Origin: Octopus sinensis
Lineage: Eukaryota
Reading direction: 5' to 3'
DNA: 64,000 nt
Assembly (NCBI RefSeq): GCF_006345805.1
Contig: NC_042997.1
Coordinates: 99,696,001 to 99,760,000, forward strand
Shown here: piece by piece, positions 12,772 through 26,920 of the stretch
Numbering within the stretch: the stretch's first letter is position 1
How the letters are laid out: every line of letters starts with the position of its first letter
Program-made: the position numbers and the translations under genes
The notes under the pieces: generated by a model
Told to the model about the DNA's origin: nothing
What the model saw: the letters and a program-made list of their open reading frames with translations, nothing else
The model's database searches: none

Positions 12772-15524
12772 TATACCTTATAGCCCCATCTCTCTTTCCC
12801 TTTTCCCATATTTCCTGACTGTTCTGGTATTTCAATATGAATCTTCCCCTCAATCTCATCACTACCACACTGTTACTACTTCAATGTCTGACCCCTTTCT
12901 ACTGGTATAAGTCTTATATCCCCAGACATGGCTTCTTTTGCAACAGAAAAGACAGTGTTAAAAGAATAGACAATTCAGACAGAACCCTGATGGTAAACCT
13001 CTCAACACTCATAAAGTTGTGTATGCTACAATAAAGAGTAGCTGTTAAGGTGCAATGCTACTCCAAAATGAAAATAATATAAGGAAAGGATGGTTACAAA
13101 TGATACAAAAGCTACTTTCCAAGATCACGTGTCACAACAAAAATCATCTAATTCAGTGCCCCATAACCTTTTTTCACTTGCGGTACACTTATATTCTTTT
13201 CAAAATTCAGCAGCACACCTGAACTAAAAGTATAACTAAAAGTATAGGGAAGAAATTATATTTAGGTTACACTGGGGCACACCTAACATCCTCTCATGGC
13301 ACACCAGTGTGCTGTGGCATACTGGTTGTGGAGTACTGGTGTAGTTCACTTCTCGTCCTCAACACACACATATACACACAAATCAAATATGCAGAACAAT
13401 GGATACTCTTTTACTTGTTTCAGTCATTTGACTGTGGCCATGCTAGAGCACTGCCTTTAGTCGAGCAAATCGACCCCAGGACTTATTCTTTGTAAGCCTA
13501 GTACTTATTCTATTGGTCTTTTTTGCCAAACCGCTAAGCTACAGGGATGCAAACACACCAGCATTGGTTGTCTAGTGATGCCGGGGGAGGGGACAAATAC
13601 AGACACAAACACATACACACACATACATATATATATATAGATATACATATATATATATATACAACGGGCTTCTTTCAGTTTCCGCCTACCAAATCCACAC
13701 ACAAGGCTTTGGTTGGCCCAAGGCTATAGTAGAAGACACTTGCCCAAGGTGCACACAGTGGGAATGAACTCAGAACCATGTGGTTGGTAAGCAAGATACT
13801 CACCACACAGCCACTCCTGTGCCTAAATAGATCAAATTCTTTAAGATTGTTGATGAGCTATACTGCAAACTTGTTTAAATCATGCCAACATAGCAAAACC
13901 GATGTTAAAGCAACAATGAGAAGGACAATAATAATGACAATCATGCCACCACTGCCAATGATGATGAGGATGATGGATTTTCATCTTTTTTTGATCTCAG
14001 AACTTTTAGCATTAAATGCAAAATATCAACACTCTATTCTATATAAGTAAACAAAGACAAATTTGATAATCAAAATCCAGTATCCTTAAATAAGTACATT
14101 CTAGAATATTATATATTGTATAGTGAAGGTTTGTGGCTCGGTGGTTAGGGTGTTGGGCTTACAATTGTCAGGTTGTGAGTTCAATTCCCAGACCAGACTG
14201 TGTGTTGTGTTCTTGAGCAAGAGACTTTATTTCATGTTGCTCCAGTTCACTCAGCTGTAGAAATGAGCTGCAATGTCACTGGTGCCAAGCTGCATCGGCC
14301 TTGGATAACATTGATGGTGTAGAGAGGGGAGGCTGGTATGCATAGCCAACTGTTGGTCTTCCATAAACAACCTTGCCTGGACTTGTGCCTCAGAAGGGAG
14401 CTTTTTCTAGGTGCAATCCCATGGTCATTCATGACCAGAGGAAGTCTTTACCCGTTTAATATTGTAATAATATTACATATTGTATAATATTAAATATTAT
14501 CTTATAATTAACAAAAAGACTGCTATTAAAATATGTTTTTAAAGGGTTTTTATTTAAAAATAAATTCTAAGCATATTGTCTTTGCAAACTCTCTAAAAGC
14601 AGTAAGATCAATGTAAGATTCATGTTCAGGGTAAACACAGGCAGGGAGACTGATGTTCTGGGTAACACAGCTGTCTTAACAGCATTATAGGCCTCTGGCC
14701 AAATCAATGCACTGGGTCCCTAGACCCCTGAGGACCCCAAGCAACTGCCCAGTGTGCCCATATTTTAAGAAAGAACTGCTGGGGAAAATACCTTGGAAAT
14801 AATGTTTTCTACTATAGGAACAAGGCCCGAAATATTAGGGGTGGGAGCTAGGCAATTTCATTGGCCTCAGTACTTGACTGGTACTTATTTATTGATCCCC
14901 AAGAGGATGAAAGGCTAAGTCAACCTCAACAGAATTTGAACTCAGAATGTAAAACCAGAAGAAATGCTACTAAGCATTTTATCCAGTGCAGTAACAATTC
15001 TGCCAGCTTGTCGCCTTAGGATTGGATTGGAAACAATGATTAGTGTGGGGCATGGGAGGGAAGAGAACATAGACACAATACATCATAATGGTTACAGTAA
15101 AGAAAAAAACCCAGAGTCCAAAGATAGCATCTCTGTGGGGCAGAGTTTGGACTGTGCTGTGAGCAACTTCATGATAATCAGTGTAAGAGTAAGTAAAGTT
15201 ACCTTCTTGAGTCATATTGACTCATAAGGGCTGGTTTACTGGACTCCATGGCATATATATTGCCCACCTAGATGGGTCACCAGTCTGTCGCAGGATTACT
15301 TCTTTTCCCCATCTGAGTGGACTGGAGCAACATGAAATAAAGTGTTTTGCTCAAGAACACAACATGTCACCTGGTCCAGGAATCGAAACCACAATCTTAT
15401 GATCAAGAGCCCAACACCCTAACCACTAAGCCAAGCACCTCCATATGCCAATCAGTGACAAAGACACAATGAATGAAGCAAAAATAAGGAGAGAAAAATA
15501 AATAAATGAAACAGAAAGTAATAC

Positions 15525-15901
15525 CTCAGGAGAAGCCATCATTATTTTAAATCTGGCACAAGATTTCTCTAGGATTAACTTTAGGTAGTGGTCAGTAAGA
15601 TTGAAATAGCCAGAAGCCAGCAGAATCTCATCTTCTTGTGTAGCTGATCTTAGAAGGTGTTTTGTAATTTCTTCATCATCCAAAATTCCAAGTGGTCCCA
15701 TTTGTATGAGAGGGTAGACAAAAGTATCTGCGTTGCTATCAGAAGAGTCAGATTCAGATTGGTTTGGATTAGAGTTGCAGACAGAATTCTTGGGAGAAGA
15801 AGACTGCGAAGAATTAAAGCAATTTTCATTGACTGTTTTACGAAGTAATGCTAAGACTTTATCCCTGGCTTTCCACTTAAACCGCGATCCATCATCTGAA
15901 T
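15525..15901 (-). CDS. PGS1: PGS1 internal coding exon
   Basis: Acceptor tttaatttcag|AT and donor GAG|gtatta; 377 bp, joining in frame to the upstream exon (G|AT = Asp). It encodes DSDDGSRFKWKARDKVLALLRK...ADTFVYPLIQMGPLGILDDEEITKHLLRSATQEDEILLASGYFNLTDHYLKLILEKSCARFKIMMASPE, matching PGS1 DTWIYPLIQM...GYFNLT...ASPE. Confidence 0.95.
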
Positions 15902-17595
15902 CTGAAATTAAAAGCAGATGATATTACAACATTTTCAACTGTCGAGCCAAGAACATCCACATGCATATAAATTCATAAATACAAACAGACATTATAAATG
16001 TATGTGTTATTTATGTGAATAGATAGCAAGAGGTATATACATATATAGATATACTCAGACTAAACAACAGATACTTACATGTGTGTGTGTGTGTTATGAT
16101 GATAACGATGATGATTGATTAAAAATAAAGCTTTTACTTTCTTTTTAAAGTCCAAAGTAGATTCTAATGTGTACATTATCATTGAAGCAAATTAATTCCA
16201 AATCTCTTTACACTTTATAAAATGAGACAAGTCTGCGTGTGCGTGTGTGCGTGTGTGTCCATGTATGTGTGTGTGCGTGCATGTGTGCGTATGTGTTACG
16301 AGAAGGAGATAGCTTGTGAAAGATGAAAAACATTTAACAAGGAGAAAAAATGGGTGATACACTTCTAGCATGTATGAGAGAACAGAAAGAATAACCAGTT
16401 TTAACCCAGTTACTGTGAAATGAAAGAGGTTACAAATAAAGAACATGTTTCACTGAAGAAGTCTAATAAGGCTAAAACATGTTCAGAGTTGTCAATATAC
16501 TGCCACAGATCAAACTCATTCCTCACTATATCCTCACATTGAATTTCAACTAATTTAAAAGTTTCAGAGTAATCCCTACTTATCTTTTTTGACCAGAATT
16601 AATGATTAAGTTCATTCCCTCCAGGTGTAATTTTATGTAATTAATATTTCTTGATTCATAACATGAAGTATTTTGGCATTGATTTAACAACAAATAAACT
16701 ACAGAATGAAAGAAAGAGATGGAAACATGGAAACATGTTGTTAGACATAGCTAATATAAGAGCAATGAGAGCAAGAGAGAGAGTGAGAGAAAGAAAGAGA
16801 GAGAGACAGAGATAGATAAAGACAGGCAGAGATAGGCAGAAAAGAGAGAGACAGAGAGAGAAAAAGAGACAGATAGATGATGGGGAAGAGATAAAGTGAG
16901 AAGGATTAACGCTAGGAACAGAAAAAGAAATTGAACTATACCAGTCAGTGATATAATTAAAGCAATGATGGTGGTTATAACATTGATGATGATGATGATG
17001 ATGATGATGATTATGATGATGATGATGATGATGGTGGTGATGACGACGTTGACGACAACGATGATGACAACAATAACAACAATGAATAATAAACGATGAT
17101 GAGTGATGATGAAGGCAACGACTCTGATGTTGATGATGACAGCAGCTCTTACAATTGTGGCTGTGTTCCTGAGTAATCTGAAGCTGAATATGACTGAATC
17201 AGAGGTCAAAATCAAGGTCTTTGTTAAAAACTACATATTTTCTGAAAAAACTTTTATCACTTCTTGTCAGCTCCAATTGAGCCAGCCCATGTTCAAAAGT
17301 ATTCTTTAAGACTATTCATGTGGTACTTTGCAAATGTGTCTTAACTCATGCCACCATTGGAAAACAGATGTAAGATGACACATGATGTCCCCCACCACCA
17401 CCACCAAAAATGACAATAGATTTTCATCTAGGTTTGATCTCGAAACTTTTGTTTTAAATGTAGTGTATCAAAACCAATCCATTCCCACAAAACACAGAAA
17501 GACTAATTGATCAAAAATGCACGAAACTTCATCAAATTAACTTATATGCTACAATATTGTATGTATCCCATAAACAACATACTGTTAGTAAACTG

Positions 17596-17633
<38 letters not shown>

Positions 17634-18133
17634 ACACACACACACACACATATACACACATATAAATGGCTCTCTGTCAGTTGCGACGAGGGTTCCAATT
17701 GATCCGATCAATGGAAAAGCCTGCTCGTGAAATTAACATGCAAGTGGCTGAGCACTCCACAGACACGTGTACCCTTAATGTAGTTCTCAGGGAGACTCAG
17801 CGTGACACAGAGTATGACAAAGCTGACCCCTTTGAAATACAGGTACAACAGAAATAAGAAGAAAGAGTAAGAGAAAGTTGTGGTGAAAGAGTACAGCAGG
17901 GTTCGCCACTACCCCCTGCCAGAGCCTCGTGGAGCTTTAGGTGTTTTCACTCAATAAACACTCACAATGCCCAGTCTGGGGATCGAAACTGCAATATAAT
18001 GCGAGTCCATTGCCCTAACCACTGGACTATATATATATATAGTCGATTAAAAAAAATAGAGAGAAAAGAAAAAGAAAAAAAGAAACAAACAAGCAATGTA
18101 TTAATAAGATGCTTGGAGAAGGAAGAGAGTAGT

Positions 18134-18170
18134 TGTTTTATGTTTCAAACATAGCTCTTCTTCAGAAACA
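18134..18170 (-). ncRNA. Minimal type I hammerhead (Penelope-like element type)
   Basis: UGUUU-CUGAAGA-A-GAGC UAU GUUU-GAAA-CA-UA-AAACA, with a perfect 5-bp stem I. Confidence 0.65.
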
Positions 18171-18502
18171 GAAATAACAGGAAATAAATTAAGTAAGGTG
18201 GTAAATTTTGATCCTTTCACCTGCACAATTTTCACTAAGATGTTATAGAAGTTAGTAGTAACGAAATGTGTGGAGAGATAACGAATGATAAATTCATCTA
18301 AAAAAAAAACACGTTAGAGTTTTTGCATGTATGTGTGAAATGAAGTAGAAGTATAATATTAAAACAAAAATATATTTTTCCTACATCTTAAAATCACTGG
18401 ATAACATGTATACATAACAATCCCAGATTGCAGAATAGATTTGTAAAACTAAAGCCTTTTCTCTTTGCAATTTTTGGCAATGAAATGAGTTTCATTTTTG
18501 TG

Positions 18503-18549
<47 letters not shown>

Positions 18550-20172
18550 TGAGTGGGTGACGTAGTTTACCTAAACATTGAATGGTGTAACAATCTATCA
18601 TAATTATATCATTATACATCATCATCATCATCGTTTAACATCTTTCCATGCTGGCATGGGTTGGATGGTTTGGCTGAGGACTGGCAAGTCAGGAGGCTGC
18701 GATGAGGCTCCAGTCTGTTCTGGCAAGGTTTCTACAGCTGGATGCCCTTCCTAATGCCAACCATTCTCAGAATGTAGTGAGTGCTTTTCAAGTGCCACTG
18801 ACACAGGGACCAGTCAGATGGCACTGGCATCGATCATGCTCGAATGGTACTTTTTACATGCCACTGGCATGAGAGCCATCATGATAAATTCCTTGTATAT
18901 ATTTTTACTTTCTGTAAATAAATGATAGCCTTTCTGTTCTTGATATTATCTGTACAAACTATCATTGTATGATTATAAGGAAAATGAGTTAGTTAAGATT
19001 TATTTGTATGCACCTTTATAAAGTTATACTCAATACACTTTTTTTTTTTGCTTTGTTTCAGTTATCAGACTGCAGCCATGCTGGGATACTGACTTGAAGA
19101 ATTTTAGTTGTATAAACTGACCCCAGTACTCATTTTTTAAAGCTTGATATTTATTCTATTGGTTTCTTTTGTTGAACTGCTATAGGGGACAATTAAGATA
19201 AAACTTAATCTTCCCTAACATATGTGTATACATAACTAGTAACACTACTAAGTACAATGGTAGATTAACCACTATACTGGAAGCTGACTGGATAATGTTA
19301 AACTACATGGAGCTCTAACTCAAACAATGGTAGTCATACACACGAGATATATATGCATGTGTGTGTCTATGTGTGTGCGTCTGTGTGTGTGCATCTGTGT
19401 ATGTGTGTGCATGTGTGTGTGAGTGTGTGTATCTGTGTGTGAAAGAGAGAGTTACACTCTCTTTGCCTTGACTTCATGTGATTGTTGTAAACGAATGACA
19501 CCATCATGGAAGCGCTGTTCCTCATTTCCGATCTTCCATGGACACATAATCTGGTCATGGGAAAATGTCAAATTCCCAAGAAACAGGTGAGGGTTGGTGA
19601 CATGAAGGGCATCTGGCCATAGAAAATCTGTCCCAGCACATTCCATCTGACCCATGCAAGTAAAGAGCACACATTAAAACAATGTTGATGGTGGTGGTGG
19701 TGGTGGTGAAGATGAGGAGGAGGATCTCTCTGGAGCTAATAAAATAGATAATACCAGTCAAGCACTGGAGGTAGTTCAATTGCTTGATAAATCGTGGTAA
19801 GTGTTGCCAGTTGCTGCTTCACCAAAACAAAAGGATATAATCTTACACAACCCCAAGAGCAAAAAAACAAAATGTAGAAACAGAAAGAAAAAGGGAAAAC
19901 TTTAATCTATCAGCAGAAAATTGATCTGTTAAAAAGTTTAGGTCTTTAGCTGACAACACTAATACAGGTTCAGCAAAACAGCTATTTTGTAAATGTCAGC
20001 ATGAAGCAAATTATCTACATTATTAGTGACAACCTTCTAACGAGTCATATGTAACTTTATAATAATAGATGAGCCATGAATAATCATGTGTTACTTGACT
20101 CGCACATATACATTACCTGAGCAACAGCTAAGTGTGTGTGTGTGTGTGTGTGCACGCGTGTGCGCGTGTGTA

Positions 20173-20203
<31 letters not shown>

Positions 20204-20557
20204 ATGAATCAGACAGACAGAGACAGAAGGAGAGACAGAGGAATAGGGGGGAAAAGGGAAAGAAAGAGATACAGACAAACAGGGAGTGAAGTATATGGAA
20301 AGAGTGTATGTGAGAGAGAGAGAGAGAGAGAAAGAGAGTAAGACTCACATGAACTCAACAGAGTACATCTCAACTCATCTTCACTCACAAAAGGAAGGGC
20401 TCAACAAATAATTATAGGCAATTACAAATAATTCAGAGCTGCATCACATAGGAGCCAAGTAAGAAATAAAATAGAAATGTAATTTTGATATTCAACATTA
20501 AACAAAATATAATTAGAAGTACTAACTCACGATAACATTTTGCTTCTCATTTATATA

Positions 20558-20594
<37 letters not shown>

Positions 20595-20794
20595 TGATCC
20601 TCCTCATCATCATCATTACCACCACCATCACCACCACCAACACCACCATGATCATTTAATGTCCATGTCCCATGCCAGCATGGATTGGATGCTTATTACA
20701 GGATCTGATGGATTCAAGGATTGCATCGTGCTCCAAGTGTGGCATGGTTTCTACAGTTGGATGCCAACCCTGATACCATACACACACACACACA

Positions 20795-20832
<38 letters not shown>

Positions 20833-22102
20833 AACACTTATACCACTCTACCATAGGTTTTATGCAATTATAATCAGTTATTCAATCAAAATTTTAATAA
20901 TAGATGGGAATATTAGATGGTGGTGTTGTCATCCATTATTCAAACTCCAATCAAATAATTGCAATGTAATTGCATGAAACCTATGGTACTGGACTACTGA
21001 TTTCTATTAAATAAATATTTATACACCTATGCAGTACTGAGCACTATTTCTTCCAGTTTGTCACTAATGTATATAATAGATGTGTGTAGTAGAGACAGAG
21101 GGAGACAGACAGATAGACACAGACAGAGATAGAGAGAGCATAAGATGAGGTTTTCATCCTATTTCACAAAAAAATTATAAACCTCTCTAGTAGCAGTACA
21201 ACAGTAAAATGTGCCCATTGCATTAAGATACAAGGTAATTAAGATTCACAAGTTATAACACGGAGTCCAGTGTCATATTATCGAACACGTCTCCGAAATG
21301 GCCCATCAATGGAACATTATATTCATGTATTAGTATGTCCTGGTAATGTTGCATAATTTCAAATTTTCCACTGGACTCTGTGTTGTAACTTGTGAATCTT
21401 AATTACCTTGTATCTTATCGTGTGAATTATTAATTCAATAAGTCTTATATTATGTTGATGCTTTATATTTTGCCTGCGTATTTATATATATATATGAGCA
21501 TTTTTGAATATTTTTAAATACCTACAAGTTTTTATCTTATATCATATCAACGTCTTTTGTATTTATTTTTTTGTATCTATTTATATATCTATGTATTTAT
21601 ATATTTTTAATGCCAACATATTTTTAAATTTTTTAAATATTTTAAAATATTTGCGTATTTTTTAAATATTAAATATTTATATGTTTATATACTTGTATGT
21701 TTTTAATACTGTATTATCTGGAACTTTATATTGATTTATTAATGTCTAATGAAGGTACACATATATATTGAATATTCTACTGGATAATAGGTCATGTTCC
21801 TCTAGTTTTCCGCTGGTATTGCCTCCATTCATATTATAAATTAGAACTTACGAGCTCAATTTGAGCACTTTGATTCTAGCCTGTTTCTGAGCATTGTTAA
21901 AGTTAACAATCTCTACATAAAATTGTATAATTTATATATATACATATATAGGTGCAGGCATGGCTGTGTGGTAATAAGCTAACTTCCCAACCACAAGGTT
22001 CCAGGTTCAGTCCCATTTTGTGAACCTTTGGCAAGTGTCTCCTACTCGTATAGCTTTGGGCCAACCAAAGCCTTGTGAGTGGATTTGGTAGACAGCCTGT
22101 CA

Positions 22103-22141
<39 letters not shown>

Positions 22142-22172
22142 ATTATTATTTAAAGATCATAATGCATGTAAG

Positions 22173-22225
22173 GCACTACTAATAGTTTCGTATATTGAGA
22201 GAACTCAAACATATTCTTCAGGCAC
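22173..22225 (-). ncRNA. Type I hammerhead motif
   Basis: GUGC-CUGAAGA-AUAUGUUUGAG UUCU CUCAAUAUAC-GAAA-CUAUUAG-UA-GUGC. Stem II is long with a mismatched first pair, stem III is 3 bp, and the cleavage triplet is GUA. Confidence 0.65.
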
Positions 22226-23009
22226 AAACCACATATCATAACGAACTAAAGAAATTGAATAAAAGAAGAAACACAAAAAAACTGAGAAGGCAGCATATAG
22301 AAAATGCAGACAGTAAACAACGGAAAATGTAAAATGGAAAACAGAAACAAAAAACAAATTAAAATGTAAAAAATAAAAAGTAAAAAGGTAAAAGAGCTAT
22401 CCTCCTGAGACTTTTAATGATAAGGCTGGAAAAATATCAAGTCAGTTAGGAATAGGTGGAATTTTCCAATTTTTCAAAATATATTTATACATATGCATGC
22501 AACTGCTGAAAATTTCTGACCTGGAGTTCAATAGAGAGTTAAGGATCTTAGATCTAAACAGGATCTGTGCTCTTTCAGCCAAACAAAGTCTACAGTTATC
22601 TGATCCATTCACTTACGGTATGGATATCTCAAGTACTTTCCGTTTAATCACATGTCATGTTTCATTATCTTTCAAAGTCCATACATAGCTAGCCAATTTA
22701 GTAGCTTTACTTTTGCCCCTATGTCAGATGGGGGATATGTGATTGGCATAGAGATTTTTAAATTCATCTTCACATAATCCAATATAGGTTTTCATATCAG
22801 TTGTATAGGATAGGAGAAGGTGAGTTTACAAGATTTTTAAAGGAGAATGGGTGCTAGAGGTGGGGAGAAGGTATTTAACAGGGACATACTGAGTGCAGGA
22901 AGGTAGGTGGACATGTGAGAGAGAATGGAGGGGAGTGGGAAAAAACATTGATGATGAGCATAGAGGGGTTGTGGGAGTGGGAGGTGATCATGGGCATGGA
23001 TTTTACTTT

Positions 23010-23740
23010 GCTGAGCAGGTCTTCTCAAGTACAGTATATTGCAAATTGTCTCAGTCCTTCATCATCTCCTCTGAGAGGCTCAACATGTGAAGATCCTTTC
23101 TCACTGCTTCATCCCATGTCTTTCTGGGTCGTCTTCTTCCATAGGTTCCCTCCACATTTAGAAAGCAGCACTTCTTTATGCAACTGTCCTCATCCATACA
23201 CATCACATGACCATACTAACACTTGCATACTACAACTGATGTAACTTATACCCAATTTCTTTCTCAAAGCATTTACACTTTGTCATACATGCACACTAAC
23301 ATTGCACATCCAGTAGAATATGCTGGCTTCATTTCTTTCAAGACTTTACATGTCCTCTGCACTCACAGCCCATGTTTCACTGCCATGTAGCATAGCTGTC
23401 CATACACAAACGTTTTACAGTCTGCCTTTCACTCTGAGGAGAGGCCCTTTGTGACCAACAAAGGTAATAACTCTCTGAACTTTGCCCAGCCAGTTCTTAT
23501 TCTAACAGCTATGCTTTCAGAGCAACCTCCACCATTGCTAATTTGGTCACCTTGGTAATGAAAATTATCTATTACCTCCAAGTATCCCCCTGCACATTTG
23601 AGGAAATTTAGTTCCTGCACATCCTTAGTGTTCATTGTACAGGTACATCTACCACACACAGCAATGGTCAAGGAGGTATTCTGCAACATAACTAAAGTGT
23701 ATATGCAGAAACAAGAGCTGAAGCTAACCTGTTTAAGCAT
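23010..23740 (-). mobile_element. RTE-clade LINE 3' fragment
   Basis: LEVIDNFHYQGDQISNGGGCSESIAVRIRTGWAKFRELLPLL...LHGSETW...WYGHVMCM...GRRRPRKTWDEAVRKD, with stops. Confidence 0.85.
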
Positions 23741-23776
23741 GTGTATTTCATTTGATACGTGGTGCTAATATGCATA

Positions 23777-24110
23777 AATGACAGAGCACAAATGAACAGG
23801 GGGGAAAAAACTGGATATAAGAGGAATTAGATGTATTGTGCAAGTGAGAAGACTATGCTGGTATGGGCATGGGATGCATGTTGAGGATGTCACTTGCATA
23901 AAAAAAGTATCAAGGGTTCCAGGTGGATGGAAGCCATGGAAGAGGGAGGCCAAAAAAGCCATGGTAATATGAGGTGAAGACTGACCTTAAGGGGCTTGAC
24001 CTCATGAAAAAATGACAAAGGACCATGACTTATGGTGAAGAACTATGCTGGAGAAGATCCATTTAATCCATACAAACATGGAAAAACAGACATAAATGAT
24101 GGTAGTGATG
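23777..24110 (+). mobile_element. RTE-clade LINE 3' end
   Basis: RRLCWYGH and GRGRPKKPW remnants, followed by a tail resembling catggaaaa..ggacgttaaatgatgat. Confidence 0.75.
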
Positions 24111-25850
24111 TTAGAGGTTGGGATGAATAATTACTACATTTGGGCCTCAACTTATATTTAACCTTTTAGCATTTAAACCAGCCATATCCAGCCCAAATAT
24201 TCTATTTACTTTATGTTCAAACCTGTCTGATCTAGCCTCTCACATCTACTCTACAATGTAGATGTAAAGATCAAATTCATATCATTGAATTCTCAAAGTT
24301 ACAAGATAATTCATGGAGTGTTGGTGCCACATAAAAAGCATCTATTCCAGTACCACATGCAAGCGTCCAACCCAGTACTGTGCAAAAGCACCCAGTACAC
24401 TTTGTAAAAGTGGTTGGTGTTAGGAAGGGCATCCAGCTATAGAAACCATGCCAAAACAGATAATGGAATCTGGTGCAACTCTTCAGCTAGTCAACTCCTG
24501 TCAAACCATCCAACCCATGTCAGCATGGACAATGGACATTAAATGATGATGATGATGATGATGATGATGATTATGATTATGACGATGGTGACAACGGCAA
24601 TGATGATTACATTTAAGTAATCTGAATAATAATTACATTTGAGTAATCAGAATGGTAAAAGGTTAATGATTTACCAATATAGAAAGGCTTCTAAGCTAAA
24701 AACAAAATTTGATATCCCCAAAACTATCTCATTTGTGTTATCAGGCATCAGAAAAGTGGATGTAAAAGTAATTCGGATATAATTATTTTAAACAAACTTT
24801 TTTTTTTCTTAAAGCAGAACTTCATTATTCTCCATTACCCTTCACTTAAAATTGTTTACACAAGTTTCATTTTGTGAAATCAATTAATCTTCATTTACAT
24901 TTTGGCATTAACTGCTTCCTCTTTCTCTCTTCTCAAAAGCAATTTAAGTTAATTACTGAAAAAATATTTTAGTACTTAGATAGTGAGAACAACACATAAA
25001 AGCCTCAATGTTTACAGAAACCCCTCAACAAAAATGAGGTTATATATTGCATATGAAAGAAGCTTTACTTAAATTACCCTATAAATGGTTTTGGATCCTT
25101 TTTCACAGGTCTCTTATTTAATACAGAGTTATTTAGAATTTAATTTTACTTTCAAAGCTATCAATTGCATTGTCAATGCAAACAGAGACTACTGGCTCCA
25201 TCTATCCAATAAATATAGATTGGTAATACCTTTGTCAGACACTAATTACCCTTGATGTTTGTTAAAGCCAGCAACAACATTTTGGTATCTAGGCGGTTCG
25301 CAATACAGCCAACTTTGCTTTTATGTCTAGTTGCAACCCTTTCACAATAATTCCTTGGAGTTGTTATTTACAATAGTGTGTAATTCCCGCTAAACCAACA
25401 CTAAGATAAATATTGCAAAATAATCGTGTGATCAAATTTGTAAGTAAAATGCAGTCAGAAGAATTTCATTATTTATAATTCCTCAGTCATGGTATTTTCA
25501 AGTCTTTTTTTGATCTGACTGTTTCATCAAATTAATAGCTAAGTGTGGGAATGTTCAGCAAGTCAATTAGATATGGACAACTTTATGGCAACCTATCATG
25601 AGACAGTAGAACATTCTGGCTTTTTTTATGAGCAAATGTGGGTTGAATGATGTGTTGTGTGTGACAGTGTTTGTGTGTGCATGACTGTGTTTTGCTTTCC
25701 ACTGAAACCACCATAAAATTGTTGGCTAGAACAATCTAAAAAGCTACATTTTTGCATGACTTTTATCTCTGTCTCTCTCTCTCACACGCACACATACACA
25801 CCCCAGTACATATATACATACATATATACATATATACATACATATATATA

Positions 25851-25883
<33 letters not shown>

Positions 25884-26287
25884 GGCGCGGATTGGCTGTG
25901 TGGTAAGTAGCTTGCTTCCCAACAACACGGTCATGGGTTCAGTCCCACTTTGTGACGCCTTTGGCAAGTATCTTCTACTATAGCCTTTGGCCAACCAAAG
26001 CCTTGTGAGTAGCTTTGATAGACAGAAACTGAAAGAAGCCTGCTGTATATGCATAAATATATCTAAGTGTGTGTGTCTTTGTGTCTGTGTTTGTCCTATC
26101 ATCACCGCTTGACAACCGGTGGTGATGTGTTTCTGTCACTATAACTTAGCAGTTTGGCATAAGAGACTGATAGAATAAGTAACAGGCTTTAAAAAAAAAT
26201 AAGTCTTGGGGTTGATTTGTTTGACTAAAAGGTAGAGATCCAGCATGGCCACAGTCACATGACTGAAACAAGTTAAAGAACAAAAGA
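25884..26287 (+). mobile_element. tRNA-derived SINE family A, full-length copy
   Basis: Head ggctgtgtggtaag..gggttcagtccc (A/B boxes), internal microsatellite and conserved tail. Other copies: ~1817-2345(+), 5375-5790(+), 7089-7270(+), 13406-13823(-), 21951-22100(+), 35495-35645(-), 37212-37655(-), 40185-40350(+), 50960-51215(-), 62650-62730(+). Confidence 0.85.
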
Positions 26288-26380
26288 AGATAGATACCCC
26301 ACTACCTTAACTACTTTCATCTTATTCCTTCTCCTTATAATTTAGTTTTTTGTATAATACCTCTCTCTACATTATTACTA

Positions 26381-26416
<36 letters not shown>

Positions 26417-26920
26417 TTCTATTCTATAATACTCTCTACTTTAACTATCTTACACTACTTGGATATCCATGTTATTCTACCATCCCCCCATATATTGTAT
26501 GAACCACATTTTATTAATATAAAATCTATACCAAATATTCATATACCTTCTCTTCTTTCTCAAAATATATTTTCAGCATTGGCCACGCTCAAATGGTGCT
26601 TTTTACGTGCCACTTGCACAGTAGCCAGTCCATATATTGGTGCTAAGTAAGAGCCACTGATGAGCATTAATCAAATGTGAAATTACTGGTGATCTGGTTA
26701 TGCCCTGGGAGCTTTGGGGAACCTGTCTCTCTTGTCAGTCATAAGATAAGTGCTTTCTTGTGGCTATGAGTTGTTTTGACTCTTATTTTTAGCAACGCTG
26801 GTGCTAACTAGTACCCTTAGTCACTTTAGTGACATCTGTTACTGCCTTTCATTAGTAAACTGCAAGTAAGCCACCTTTACTATACATGTGTGTGTGTGTG
26901 TGTGTGTGTGTATTATATAT

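Noticed and set aside
16448-16488. CUGAAGA-AGUC..GGCU-AAAA-CAUG-UU hammerhead-like string
   Set aside because: G12 is missing and stem I cannot pair.
25453-25490. Minus-strand CUGAGGA-AUUAU..AUAAU-GAAA
   Set aside because: There is no stem I and stem II is all A-U; likely chance.
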